The translations under genes were made by a program, and so were the position numbers. Shown here piece after piece: positions 1 through 12,450 of a DNA stretch of 64,000 nucleotides. Origin of the DNA: Octopus sinensis (Eukaryota); contig NC_043000.1 of NCBI RefSeq assembly GCF_006345805.1, forward strand, positions 88,908,001 through 88,972,000, written 5' to 3'. Below the pieces are notes generated by a model. It worked only from the letters and a program-made list of their open reading frames with translations, was not told the DNA's origin and did no database searches. The first letter of the stretch is position 1, and every line of letters starts with the position of its first letter.

Positions 1-64
1 ATTTTTGTAAGATACTGAGATCAGACCTGCACAATTTGACTGCTAATACATATAATATTGATTT

Positions 65-290
65 CTAAGGCTGCGAGCTGGCAGAATTGTTAAGACGTCA
101 GACAAAATGCATTACGGTGTTTCTTCCTACTCTTAATGTTTTGCGTTCTAATTGCGCCAATATCAACATTGATTTTCCTCCCTTTGGAGAAGATGAAAGC
201 CAAATCCTGGGTTTGATGTTATCGACCAAGCCCCTACTTTAAAAATTGCTAGTCTTGCTCCGGACTCAAAAACAATTATAACACTAATTT
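65..290 (+). mobile_element. Decayed SINE, family A (head AGGCGGCGAGCTGGCAGAA)
   Basis: aaggctgcgagctggcagaattgttaagacgtc... aligns by eye with the younger copies at 15634 and 22832. Confidence 0.65.
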
Positions 291-1799
291 TTCACTTAAA
301 CTAAAGTTAATATATTTCAGAAGTAGCATTTGGTTGCATCTGCTGGAGTATTTAAGGGATATTTATTTTATCGATGCGCCAGGAAAAATACTGAGAACCC
401 AATCCACTTCCCTTGTCTATATTGTAATATTATTAGATAATAAATTTTATATTAAACAATTTTACTAAATGTTTATCGGTGCATATAGTTCTACTTGTGC
501 CAGTTCTGCTGATAAATGAGCAATAAGTGTGTGCCGATCATACATTTGCAGAACAATTCATTCTGGCAAAAACTGTTACCTTTATACTAACATTATAACA
601 CATTTGCTGGAAAACATCGTAGAGTCTATTTTGTCGTTTATGAATTTCTGTATAATTTCTTCAATATTAACTCCGGCGAATGTATTTCACTGATTTCATG
701 GACCTCTAGATAGCTAAATTGATATTTACCTGCATTTTAATTGATAATTCCTGCATTTTAATAAATTTATAATAGCTGTTACGAATTTCTAAAAATTTTC
801 AATAAAATTTTATCCATACTAATTTTCCTGCGTTCATCTTCTATAACTAAACATATGTTAATATCTCGCACCATTTAGGTGCAAGATATTAAAATATTCT
901 TGATTAGGCCTTGAATGAAATTACACAAAAATGCTCATTGCATTGCTTTGGATTCTCTCTAATTGAATGTTTTATTGATTTCTCTGACCAACGTAAAAAC
1001 AAAACCGAATTACATGTATCCGAGCAACCGATCGTAAATAATTACATTGGGATGGGGATAACTTTCGCTAAATGAGTTACTTTGAAGTTTGAATAGTTTG
1101 AAGGAATTAAACCGTATAATTCAATATTGAACATTAATTTGTTTAAATTCAAACTAAAACTAAACACCACAATTGCATATTAAATTTAATAAGCTGACAA
1201 TGAGTGTTTCTGTGGTATCACTGTATGGTAGACATAGCAGCCAAATCTCTGACTAATTGTAACTTTAAAAAAGAGACCTTTAATGAGGTATAGCCTGGGA
1301 AACAAAAAATAATGGGTCGTCATAACTCTACCCTTTCAGTTATATGTGTACCATGTCATCTGGAGCTCATTAACACCAATGATAAAATTTCACGGAAAGA
1401 TTAGTTTATTTCACACAGAAATGTTAAACGTTTAGTCTATCTGTGAAAAGAAATAACACATTCAATACAAATTTGGTTATCAAAGTGTTGCTAATTAATT
1501 CTAATGGCCACCAATTAAATAAATCTACAAACGATCTAATTAGTGCATACAAAGATATCAAGCATATAATTAGAGTATCTACGAACATGCCACTCGTTGA
1601 TAATTTACACATGATTATAAATCTAAAGATGAGAAAATAAAATCCTTACAGCAGCCGAATGAGAGTCTGATAAAATGAACATCGAGAACTATTCTATGCC
1701 CCCATATTCATACATAACAATATTGCTAATATGATGAGTAAAGAATATCATATAATATGTGACCCAACTTTGGATAATTTGGATGGATATATCATTGTC

Positions 1800-2505
1800 A
1801 TCATCATCAAGATCCCTTAACCGATGCAACCAGTCGTAGGGATGCCGCTCTGGATGCTTTCGTAGTCAGTCGTCGCCACTGGTCGCTCTTCTCTGTCATG
1901 CGTAGCTGGATTGCAGTGATGTAACTTGTCAAGTGCCTGATGTCCCTTTCTTCCGCCCACCCTCAACAGTGCACTGAAGGGCAGTTTTGGAAATGGGGAT
2001 TGTAGCGGAATACATGACCTATCAGGCAAACTTACGTCTTTTTACCTGTGCAAGACGTCTTGTTGAAAACCTGAGCCTTGTTGGAAACCTAATGGAATTG
2101 CTATCCCATATGCTGTTCAGGTTCGTCATGATAGGAGAAGCTAAACTGAGTTTTGTTGTAATTTTTTTTAAATATACCATTTTTAGTCAAAGTTGATCCT
2201 AAGTACTTGAAGGTGTCCACTTCGTTAAATATTTTTCTTTTTAGCATAAGTTTAGCCACTGTATTTTGGCTGTTACTATTAACCAAGATCTTGTTCTTTT
2301 CTGGGCTGATCTCCATCCCACATGCTCTTGATGCTTTTGCCAATTTGGTGGTGAACTCCTGTAGTTCTGCTTCATTGCTTCCTAAAAGATCAATATCATC
2401 GGCAAAGGGCAGGTTAAATATGGGCCGTCCTCTAATGGAAACAGAGGTGTCGAGGTCTTGAAGTTTTTCTTGCATGATGTTCTCCAGGAGGATGTTGAGA
2501 AGCAT
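1800..2505 (-). mobile_element. RTE-clade LINE, 3' fragment (RT C-terminal half)
   Basis: ORF 2101-2505: LLNILLENIM...IFNLPFADDIDLLG...GMEISPEKNKIL...FKYLGSTL (RT motifs FADD and KYLG); ends at a short (CAT)n tract near 1800. Confidence 0.85.
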
Positions 2506-2506
2506 T

Positions 2507-2605
2507 TCAAAAAAGGCCTTTGACCGTGTTTGGCACGATGGGTTGTGACAAGTGATGAAGAATTATAAGTTCAACAACTTCGTCAAAATAAGCATTGTTG
2601 AGGTC
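2507..2605 (+). mobile_element. Inverted upstream piece of the same RTE RT
   Basis: Plus strand reads KKAFDRVWHDGL*QVMKNY (RT motif 3) directly abutting the minus-strand fragment. Confidence 0.8.
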
Positions 2606-2798
2606 TGATGGTGACCGGGAAAATTGGAAAAAGAAGGATGTGTTACTTGATATATATTTAAGATCCCTCTAGAATATGGCATTTCATTGACTACATACTA
2701 CACCAATTAAAAGACAGCACTTGTACAGAAAATATGCATCATGATTCGTATTTTCATTTTCCCTCGTGTTTTCAAAGAAGAAACTATTTTGGGTGTCT

Positions 2799-2906
2799 TT
2801 ATTCTGCTTTAGTTTTACTCCAAACATATCTCTTATCCCCACTTTCACTATTGTAACCACTGTGATCCAGTGATTCAACTAATTGGTAAGTTGTCACCAA
2901 GGACAT
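2799..2906 (-). CDS. Candidate 35-aa small ORF or terminal exon (MSLVTTYQLVESLDHSGYNSESGDKRYVWSKTKAE)
   Basis: Follows an acceptor ttttctgtacAG at 2909 that closes a GT-AG intron-like segment 3091-2909; no recognised homology. Confidence 0.2.
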   Translation of the reverse strand: MSLVTTYQLVESLDHSGYNSESGDKRYVWSKTKAE

Positions 2907-3963
2907 TCCTGTACAGAAAATGTGAAATAAATAAAAATCCATCCAATTTCAAAAATATTTGAACAGAAAGAGAATGAGAAAAATAGAATGATTGAACTTA
3001 TGATGAATTATTTTTGTAGATTATTTACAATCCATACTGTTAAAATACAAAGTACATCTTAACATTTTTATAGAGTTTGCATTTGCAATACCTTCATTAG
3101 TTATAATGTAGTCGGAGTATCAATCCAATCAGTGATAACTCAAAATTATATTTTGCTCTAACAATGGATATCATATGATTGGCATCGAATCAATAAGTAC
3201 ACTACTTCTAAGTGGGATAATTCACCAGTGACAAGTATTTGGTAGCTATTCAGCTTTTATGAATCCACTGGTTTTACTGCTCTAAATAAATTAATTCTCC
3301 GTTTGAAGATTATAAGACTTAACAGAATAAAAGCCGAGCAGAACAAGAGACACGATAAAGGGGAAATAAAATTAACGCCTGTTACTTGTAACCAAAAGGA
3401 TTTGCAATTAACTTGCAATACGTCTTTGTAATGAATCGAGTTATTTTCGCATTTTTCACGAGACTACTCTTGGAACTGAATACAGCTGTTGACTTGTTGC
3501 TGAAATTGACTTCCGGCCATAATCCTCTGAATAGTATTTTCACTTGCAAATCTCTATTCGACCTCCACAAAATGGGTAATTGATGTCATAAATATAAATT
3601 AGAAGAATAAAAATATATGAAGAAGAAAAATAACGAATGTGATTTTATTTCTTGTTGTCGGTGGTAGTATCGTTGATTAAGATATGTTTCTTATTTTGTT
3701 TGTGTTTTTTGCTGGATTTTTTTTTCGTTTGGTTTTTTTTTTTCAAAATGAGAGGAAAATTAAAACAGCTGTGAATAATAAATAATTGAAAATCATTAGT
3801 GAGTAAGGATGCGTATTATCAGACGAGTTGTTAACACTCAAGGGAAACTACTAATAACTCGTTAATATTATTTCTGCAATAATATAAAAGGAAGTGTACA
3901 TAGCTGAATATGTATGAATGCATACATACATGCATACATATAAGTGTGTATGTATGTATGTAT

Positions 3964-4002
<39 letters not shown>

Positions 4003-5574
4003 TAACTATGCATGCATAAATACGAATATAATATGCAGAAGATATGAAGGACAAGGCTTGACTATATCTGAAAATCACTGATAAGAGTATTGAATAAAAT
4101 GAAATATCTCAGTTAAGATTAGAACCTACGCTGAAGATTCTGTTCACCGGTAAATTATTCTCCCTATATAATGTTCATATGCACACACTGGCACACCTCT
4201 GTATATATATTAAAGGTGTGTAACTTTATTTACCCACTACACGATCGTTCTTGTATGGGGGTGAGTATGTATTCATAAAGAAAATATAATAAAAGCGTAA
4301 TGGTAAGCAAACAGCACAATTAATTTGTGTTTTGGTTTTGTTTCGCATTTTTAACCAACAAACTTATCTTAGTAAAATAAAAAATATTACCAGGATTGAT
4401 GGCAATTATTTGTTTCCAGTTATTAACGATTATGCAGATGTGAAGCTGTGATCAAGCTGTGTACATCAAACTAGACTAGTTTGAAGTACATAATTTTACA
4501 ACCAGAACTGTTCGTTATAAATTGATTCGCAAAATATGTAATCTAACGCATATGCTGTTACTGTTACTATATTACAATATGTTAGCATTGATCCTGCAGA
4601 CCTATGCTAAGAGACGTTCTAATCGTGACTTTCTCGTCTATTATTTGGACATTACCTGAGCTGTCCTTAGATGATATGGTTTGATTTGAGAGAGATTTGT
4701 CTGGGGTGGGGTTTCTGGCAGACAGAACAAACACGATTTTATTCGTTGTCTAAAAGGTCAATATAATGATGGGAACGTGATATATAAACTAGTATATTTC
4801 CACCTGCTAATCTTCTTGATTGTTTATGTGTCACAATCGCTTTTATTTTCTTACGTTCTGAAAAACAAAATCTTTATTCGTCTGTAAACATGAATATAAA
4901 ACAATACACAGGATTTTATATTTTATTATGATATCATTTGTTTACTTTTATCCAATATTTTAACATACAATGAAAGTCTTGATTATTTTAAAATTTCAAC
5001 ACCACTGAAACTTGCTATTTTATTGTTTATTATTGAGCTGTAGAACACGATTTTGCTGTAGTAAAACGATGTGGTAACGTACAAAGTATCTTACTGTATT
5101 TCGTTTCGTCGCTTTACGTTCCGAGTAAACTTTTAAAGAGATGGTGTTCAGACACGGTACAACATTGAACCAAGTGCCTTACTGTATTTATAGTCTGAGT
5201 TTAACTCCCAGAGGGTCGATTAAAACATTAGCAGTGAAATAGTAGAATTGATTTAATCGACTAACAGATTTCACCTCAAAATTACTTGACTTTCGACTTG
5301 TACTTAGATTAAGAATAATTATTATTGATGTGATGAGTTGGAAGAATCGCTACGACGTCAGGAACATGCCTTGCAGTATTTCTCCTGGCACTTTATATTG
5401 AGAATTCAAACTCCGCCGAAGTCAACTTTGTTTTTCAAACCTGGGTGGTAAATGAAATCAATTAACAAGGAAGTAGTAGGGGTGAAAGACCCCACACTCC
5501 CCTAAAACTGCTGATCTTTTGTCTATATATTTTGTGTCAATATTAGGAGAGTCGTGGGAGTGACAGAAAAAATG

Positions 5575-5750
5575 CTTGTGTCATTTATTTTCTTGTTGTT
5601 TACGTTCTGGGTTCCAATCCCGCCAAGGTTGACCTTGCCTTTCATCAATTTGAGATCGATAAGATAAAGTTCCAATCAAGTATTGGAATCAGCGGAATTA
5701 ACTAATCCCTGTTCTTCAAAATACTTAATCTTTTGCCTAGAGTAAAAAAA
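5575..5750 (+). mobile_element. Decayed SINE family A
   Basis: ttacgttctgggttccaatcccgccaaggttgaccttgcctttcatc... matches the family A body. Confidence 0.7.
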
Positions 5751-5878
5751 CTATTACTTCTATACGCATCTGCCCACCAATTAAAACAAGAAAACTGACA
5801 ACTTAATTGCACGCAGCACTCTTCAACAATAACAGGAAGAAAACAACATTCTAACAACGGAAAGGCACGTTTGAATAC

Positions 5879-5941
5879 CTTCAATAGAAATGTCAACAAC
5901 GACACAGATGTGTCTTTACACTTTTTGTCAAACGAAGACAT
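5879..5941 (-). CDS. Candidate first coding exon of a minus-strand transcript (MSSFDKKCKDTSVSLLTFLLK)
   Basis: gcagaaATG downstream of the CpG-rich region; ends at AAG|GTATTC donor; product not recognised. Confidence 0.3.
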
Positions 5942-6199
5942 TTCTGCTGTTTTCTTGGCTACAACCTTTGCGGGGGTTATACACTATATAGAGTTGTTAT
6001 GACAAAGAAGACGATGGAATCTGTTGCGTTTACTGATAAACAAAATTTTCTTTTCATACATTAAAAACAAATACTGTCGTTACTTTAACAACAAAATGTT
6101 GAGAGAGTTTGAATGTTATTACACTTGGTTTAATTGTAATAACAGTCAAAAAGTTAGCTGCTGCCGCTGAACGTTCATAGTGGTTGTTATTAACTTGGG

Positions 6200-6460
6200 T
6201 CAGCAACTCTCCGCGTCCGTTCGCCGTCCGTCGGTCGTCAATAAATGTTCTCTCAAAGCTCTCTATTAAGTCGTCAAGGTGTGCTGAATTTATATTGATG
6301 TTTCGGCCCAGAGAGAAAAGCCCGTAAAGATGGGATTGTTGCTGGAACCAGTTCTAGGCGAAGCCGTGATTGGTTAGAAATTTTTATCACATGGGCAATA
6401 TTCTCGCGAATCGCGATATCGGTTGATTATTGAATATTCGCGCTACACAATATTGAAACA
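6200..6460. promoter_or_regulatory. CpG-rich putative (bidirectional) promoter
   Basis: Unique CpG-dense tract; inverted CCAAT (gattgg, about 6369); tandem TCTCGCGA and ATCGCGATA at 6402-6418; ATG-plus-donor exons point away on both sides. Confidence 0.55.
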
Positions 6461-6489
6461 TGGATATTTTCCCGGTAAAAGAGACCAAG
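6460..6489 (+). CDS. Candidate first coding exon of a plus-strand gene (MDIFPVKETK)
   Basis: gaaacATG then 10 codons ending AAG|GTAATC, just downstream of the promoter motifs. Confidence 0.3.
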
Positions 6490-6945
6490 GTAATCACTTT
6501 GTTTAACGATCACATACGGGAACAAGTAAAGAAAAAATTTAGTATCTCTGTCGTCTAGGAAAACGGGGAGCAAGTAAGAACAGCGGGGAGAAATCCTGTC
6601 GGATGCAAAGAAATAAACTTACTATACGGTCTGTGTCTTTTTGAGCCCGAACAATCAGCCCCAATGAAGGCAGAAACGTTATGCGCCAGAACTCAGTCGG
6701 ATGAAAGGCAAGAGATGTGAGATGTATTGGCCGAGTTTATCCAGTCGGTTCCTACGTATGATGGATGAATACTTAGATGTTCTCTTTTGATCTTGTATTA
6801 GTATTATAATTTATTTTAATTATTGTAGTTTATATTATTCTATTTCTGTCAAGAGAACACGTGCCTGCGGAATACTCACTCATTCAGGAGCAGAATATTC
6901 AGTTGGTCGAACAACTGAATCCCCATCGTCAACGACATAAATCCA

Positions 6946-6982
<37 letters not shown>

Positions 6983-7208
6983 TATATATACACACACACA
7001 CAAGCACCTGTGTTATAGTTGAAGTTTTGCCGGAAACTGTATAACCAGGTGTAGTGGTTTGTCAAAATTGTCAAGCGAAATGCTTTGCGGTATTTAGATA
7101 TGTTCTAAGTTCAAATCCTGACGCAGTTACTCTGCCTCTGTATATTTCCAGTGTCGTAGAAAAAATAGAAATATCAGTTAAGTACCTTGGTACATCTAAT
7201 AGATCAAC

Positions 7209-7260
<52 letters not shown>

Positions 7261-8639
7261 AATTTGTAGTATTGTGCTTATATTATAAATCAATGTATCT
7301 GCATATATGTAGTGTATTCCTTAATATGTGTGCATCTGTTTGTGTGTGTAATTTTACATAATACCAAAAATGAAGAACTTGCTATGTAATTATTTACAAT
7401 ATGTGAGCAAAGTCATAAACTTCCGGTAGTGGTGTAGCCTATTCTAACAACGCCAAAGCTATCTTTATCCCGGAAAGATAAAACGTTAAGTCGAACACCG
7501 CAGGACGATTTTAAAGCTGAACTTAACGAAATACTACCTACCACCCGGTATGTTTATCTGCTGCACTGCCTGATTCGCTAATTCACTGCCGTTAGAATTT
7601 GATTAGTTGATTGTAGAGAAAAAAAAAAGAAAAATAAACAACGGAACAAAGACACAACTGGTCGAAAAATAAATATGTAGAGAATCGCTCGCCTTAACTT
7701 AACATTCATTAAATGTGCAAACAAAATAAAACGAAACAAAATAATTCCTGAATATTTATTTGTGCATATATATATTTATTTATGGAATGAATCTGGATAA
7801 ATATCAGTCATCGAATAGTATTGATTGAACAGTTACGTTAATGACGAACAAACTATTATATGGTAATGAATCGCTGAAAGGGTTGCTTTATTTAGTTACA
7901 TGATCAGACGGTGATCGTAATAAATAGCTGCTAAACCGCACCGATTGAAATTTACTAAGAACATTGAGTGCCAGAAAAGAAAAAATAAACAGACATCTAC
8001 GAAATATTAATATCTTGAAAATACAATTTGTGTTCGTTAAGTGGCAGAATTTATTTCCATTGCATTCGTTATTCATTTCTTCTTTTTTTTTACAATTGAT
8101 TTTACTGATTTTTCTCATTTTACATCAATTTTACAATTCATGATTATTTAGTTATTGTTTTCAATCTTGTTACCAAATTACTACTTTACAATGCATGCAC
8201 TTTATTTATCATTTGGTGCATCATTCTTATATTTGACGTACAAAACGCGATGAAAGCCATGTGTCAGTGACGTATTTTTAATCCACCAATGAACGCTATT
8301 CGTTCCACTTTGAAACCTCCAGTAAGAGTCATTAACAATTATTATGAGTTCTTTACCAAAAATTCTGATATTTTTATACCTTTCTTCGAATGAAATAATA
8401 TTTCACCTTGTTATTGATTTTTGTTTCTCTAATTTAACAGACCAACGAAAGAACTTGTTTGCGTGCATCCACTCGATTTGCTTGATGTAACAGTTAAATA
8501 TTTTTCTATTTACATACTACCCTCTTAAAAAGCAAAAACAAAGGCACATTTAACAAGGTAGTCCTAGATACACTATGTCTGAAAAAATGCTATGTTGTTC
8601 ACAACTCAAACCCCCTTAATTGGGCATTCCCTCTTTTTT

Positions 8640-9035
8640 CTTTTATCTTTTACTTGTTTCAGTCATCTGACTGTGGCTATGCTGGAGCACCGCCTTTAGT
8701 CGGGCAAATCGACCCCAGGACTTATTCTTTGGAAGCCTAGTATTTATTCTATCGGTCTCTTTTGCCGAACCGTTAAGTTACGGGGACGTAAACACACCAG
8801 CATCGGTTGTCAAGCGATGTTGGGAGGACAAACACAGACACACAAACATATACACGCGCATATATATACATATACGTCGGACTTCTTCCAGTTTCCGTCT
8901 GCCAAATCCACTCACAAGGCTTTGGTCGGCCCGAGGCTATAGTAGAAGACACTTGCCCAAGGTGCCACGCACTGGGAACGAACCTGGCACCATGTAATTG
9001 GTAAGCAAGCTCCTTACCACACAGCCGCTCCTATG
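8640..9035 (-). mobile_element. tRNA-headed SINE family B with CORE-like segment
   Basis: Minus strand ggagcggctgtgtggtaagg...gcaccttgggcaagtgtcttctactatagcctcggg; closely similar to 21268-21712. Confidence 0.9.
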
Positions 9036-9059
9036 CAAACCGTTTTCATTTTTGGTACA

Positions 9060-9215
9060 CTTATATTGTTTTCAAAATTAGGCGGCACAGCTGAACTAAA
9101 AATATAACTTAAATATAGAGAAAAAATTATATATTCAGGTTACACTGCCGCAGACTTAGCATCGTCTCGTGGCACACCGGTGTGCCACGGCATACCGGTT
9201 GCGGAGCACTGATCT
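9060..9215. mobile_element. hAT-like non-autonomous transposon end
   Basis: Subterminal palindrome gtggcacaccggtgtgccac followed by accggttgcggagcactg; ...CACTG terminus resembles hAT MITE ends. Confidence 0.45.
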
Positions 9216-9577
9216 AGAACTAAACAAGTGCAATGACAACTGTAACAAGGGAGCAACGAGATAGCTTGTGTCTTTTATCAAACTTAGGCTGCTCGAGTAA
9301 AACTGAATTTCGTAAACAAAAAACTTACCCACCACCCGATCTCATTTTAGTTAAACAATTCTGTCTTTAAAAGATGATATATTGCATAATATAGACCAAG
9401 ATTCAAAATGTCCTAATAGATTACTGGATGGTCATGGTTGATCACCTTTTATCATAATCTACACGACTTAGTCTGAGTGATAAACAACAGCTGGTACAGC
9501 AACAACATATAACAACTGTATTTCATCCATGAAAATTCTACAAATTCAATAATTCACATAATTCTATAATTTATCAT

Positions 9578-9985
9578 TTCTTTATTGCCCACAAGGGGCT
9601 AAATATAGAGGGGACAAACAAGGACAGACAAACGGATTAAGTCGATTACATCGACCCTAGTGCGTAATTGGTACTTAATTTATCGACCCCGAAAGGATGA
9701 AAGGCAAAGTCCACCTCGGCAGAATTTGAACTCAGAACGTAACGGCAGACGAAATAGCTATTTCTTTACTACCCACAGGGGGCTAAACACAGAGGGGACA
9801 AACAAAGACAGACAAACGGATTAAGTCGATTACATCGACCCCAGTGTGTAACCGGTACTTAATTTATCGACCCCGAAAGGATGAAAGGCAAAGTCGACCT
9901 CGGCGGAAGTGGAACTCAGACGGTAACGGCACACGAAGTACGGCTATGCATTTCGCCCGGCGTGTTAACGTTTCTGCCAGCTCGC
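9578..9985 (-). mobile_element. SINE family A, dimeric form
   Basis: Two tandem units (gaaaggatgaaaggcaaagtc...cctcggc), head ctgccagctcgc at 9975-9985. Confidence 0.9.
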
Positions 9986-10224
9986 ATAATTCTATAATTT
10001 CTATAAATTCTATCATTCTATAGTTTTGTCGTTCTATAATTCTATAATATTCATAATACTATAATTTCTCACTAATTTCTTTCTACAGGTACAACATTGA
10101 TTTTCCAAAATCACTGGTTCTTTAGCCTTACGGATCACTAATTTTTCGGAACTGGGGGTGTTCACCATTGTCAATATTCTCTAAATAAAACAAATATCAA
10201 ATTTACTTTAATAATTAAATGAAA

Positions 10225-10450
10225 TCCTGGTATCTGTACGTTACTATAGGTAAAGTTGCCTTCTTGTGTCATGTCGACTCACAAGGACCAGCATCCCGGT
10301 TTCATGGCGTATATATATTCCCTACCTGGACGGAAGACGCCGATCTGTCACACGATTACAAATTTTTGCCAGCTGAGTGGACTGGAGCAACGTGAAATGA
10401 AGTGTTTTGCTCAAGAATACAACGCGTTGCCCGGAGCAGGAAAGTAAGAT
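10225..10450 (-). mobile_element. SINE family C fragment
   Basis: ccagctgagtggactggagcaacgtgaaatgaagtgttttgctcaag shared with 21095-21250, 22090-22400 and 51617-51870. Confidence 0.75.
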
Positions 10451-10992
10451 AACAAATTTTATTGTTCCAGCATTAGAAAGAGACTTCTTTATAATTTTGG
10501 AGGACATGGAGGTTTCCTCTAGTAGAAGTCGCTGAGCCGATAGCCTAGTCCTCCGGGACCGGCGACACTGATAAGGTTATAGTTCCTTTAAAATACTTGC
10601 ATGAAGAAAAGGGTATGGAAGGAATTTCAGAGTATTGATGTTGAGCAGAAAAAGGACTGAATGTGCAGTTAGTATAAAACCTGAGAAGACGTGGACGTAA
10701 GACGAGTGTCGAAATGTAAAGAGATGAGTAACCCGAGTGTGCCTGAGCAGAAATCGCACGAGAAAACTCGACAATTCTGAGAAAAGAGATCACTGAAGTA
10801 GCGGGAGAAAAGATACAGAGAAGAAATACATGTCGATGGGATCAAGGTTGAGGTATGTTGGCGAGCAACTTCACGACAAGTTTATTGGCATTTCCTCTGT
10901 GGCGGTATAACTTATGTGTGTGTGCGCGCTTTATAGCACCACCGTCACAGATGCAAAAGTACTCCATTGTCGGTTTGACTTGAGATATTTAG

Positions 10993-11020
10993 AGATGGAA
11001 GTATTTTTCTGGTCATGAAG
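10993..11020 (+). CDS. Candidate 28-nt micro-exon (RWKYFSGHE)
   Basis: atatttAG|AGATGG...GAAG|GTAAAG; phase 0 in, phase 1 out; compatible with exons 6460-6489 and 20212 onward. Confidence 0.15.
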
Positions 11021-11124
11021 GTAAAGACAATGCTTTAAAATTTCAGAATTTGTGATTTGTAAAATGTACATTCACCAAGAGAGATACTCAGCGATGGGAG
11101 ACCTAGAATTTGTTGCTTATCGGA

Positions 11125-11460
11125 ATGTAGAGCCAAAATTTAGAACTAAAATTAAAATGTTGAGTCAAAATACAATTTTGAGACAAAATGAAGAGCCAAA
11201 GTGAAATGTAGAGCTAAAATGCAGAGCGAAATTAAAATGTAGAGTTATGGTATAATGTTGGACCAACAGAAAATACAGAGCTGAGATGTTGAGTCAGAAT
11301 ATAAGGTAGTGACGAAATGTGCAGAAAAATTAAAATGCAGAACCTAAATAGAATACTGAGCCAAAATAAAATCCAGATCCAAAATGTTGCACCAAATTAA
11401 ACTTTAAGAGCCAAAATAAAATGGTGTGGCAAAATAAGATGCGAAGCCAAAATAAAATTA
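11125..11460. repeat. Degenerate minisatellite (about 19-bp unit, AAATGTAGAGCCAAAATTA-like)
   Basis: Recurrent gagccaaaat and aaaatgtagag motifs. Confidence 0.7.
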
Positions 11461-11634
11461 TATTGTGCTCCATGTGAAGTTCGGACATTATGGAAGATTT
11501 TGCTTTTGTTTAGCGTTTAGAGAACCGTTTCAGTTTGATAAAGTCCATTTCTCGCTTGTCAATTATCTGCAGCCAGAAACTATTCGTATAAAGCGTAAAT
11601 TATGGACAAGTAATCACCAAAAATTAGCATTATG

Positions 11635-11695
<61 letters not shown>

Positions 11696-12034
11696 CATAC
11701 GACATTGTCAAGACTAACGAAATTTCAAAATACCTCGGCGAAACAGCAATACGTCAATAATCTGAATCAAGAGTACCATTAATAAGAATTGCAATCAATA
11801 GATTAATGATTTCAACATGGGCAGCAGGCCACGGAATTGAGAGGCAGAAACATTTGGTTTTATCGCCGCCCTAGGCTTGGTACTTATTCCATCGATCCTA
11901 ATGGATGATTGAACTCATAATGTAAGGAGACGTTACTAACTACCGCAAGACCATTACCCCGCTGCTTTACACCTCCTGCACAACCAATATATTATCTAAT
12001 CAATTGCTAATGCCAAATATTAGATCGAATCTTG

Positions 12035-12450
<416 letters not shown>

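Noticed and set aside
380-720. Possible hAT transposase C-terminus (NIEEIIQKFI)
   Set aside because: Too short and decayed to support
858-892. 15-bp-arm hairpin ttaatatctcgcacc/ggtgcaagatattaa
   Set aside because: Short, AT-rich and without informative context
2879-5941. Joining exon 5941-5879 to 2908 gives ...LLKECPW-TGA, resembling a CxxU selenoprotein motif
   Set aside because: TAG follows four codons later (30 aa), there is no thioredoxin-like fold, and no SECIS was identified
10675-10730. CTGAGAAGAC...GTCGAAATGTA hammerhead-like remnant
   Set aside because: Core is irregular and stem I is absent; at most a decayed relic
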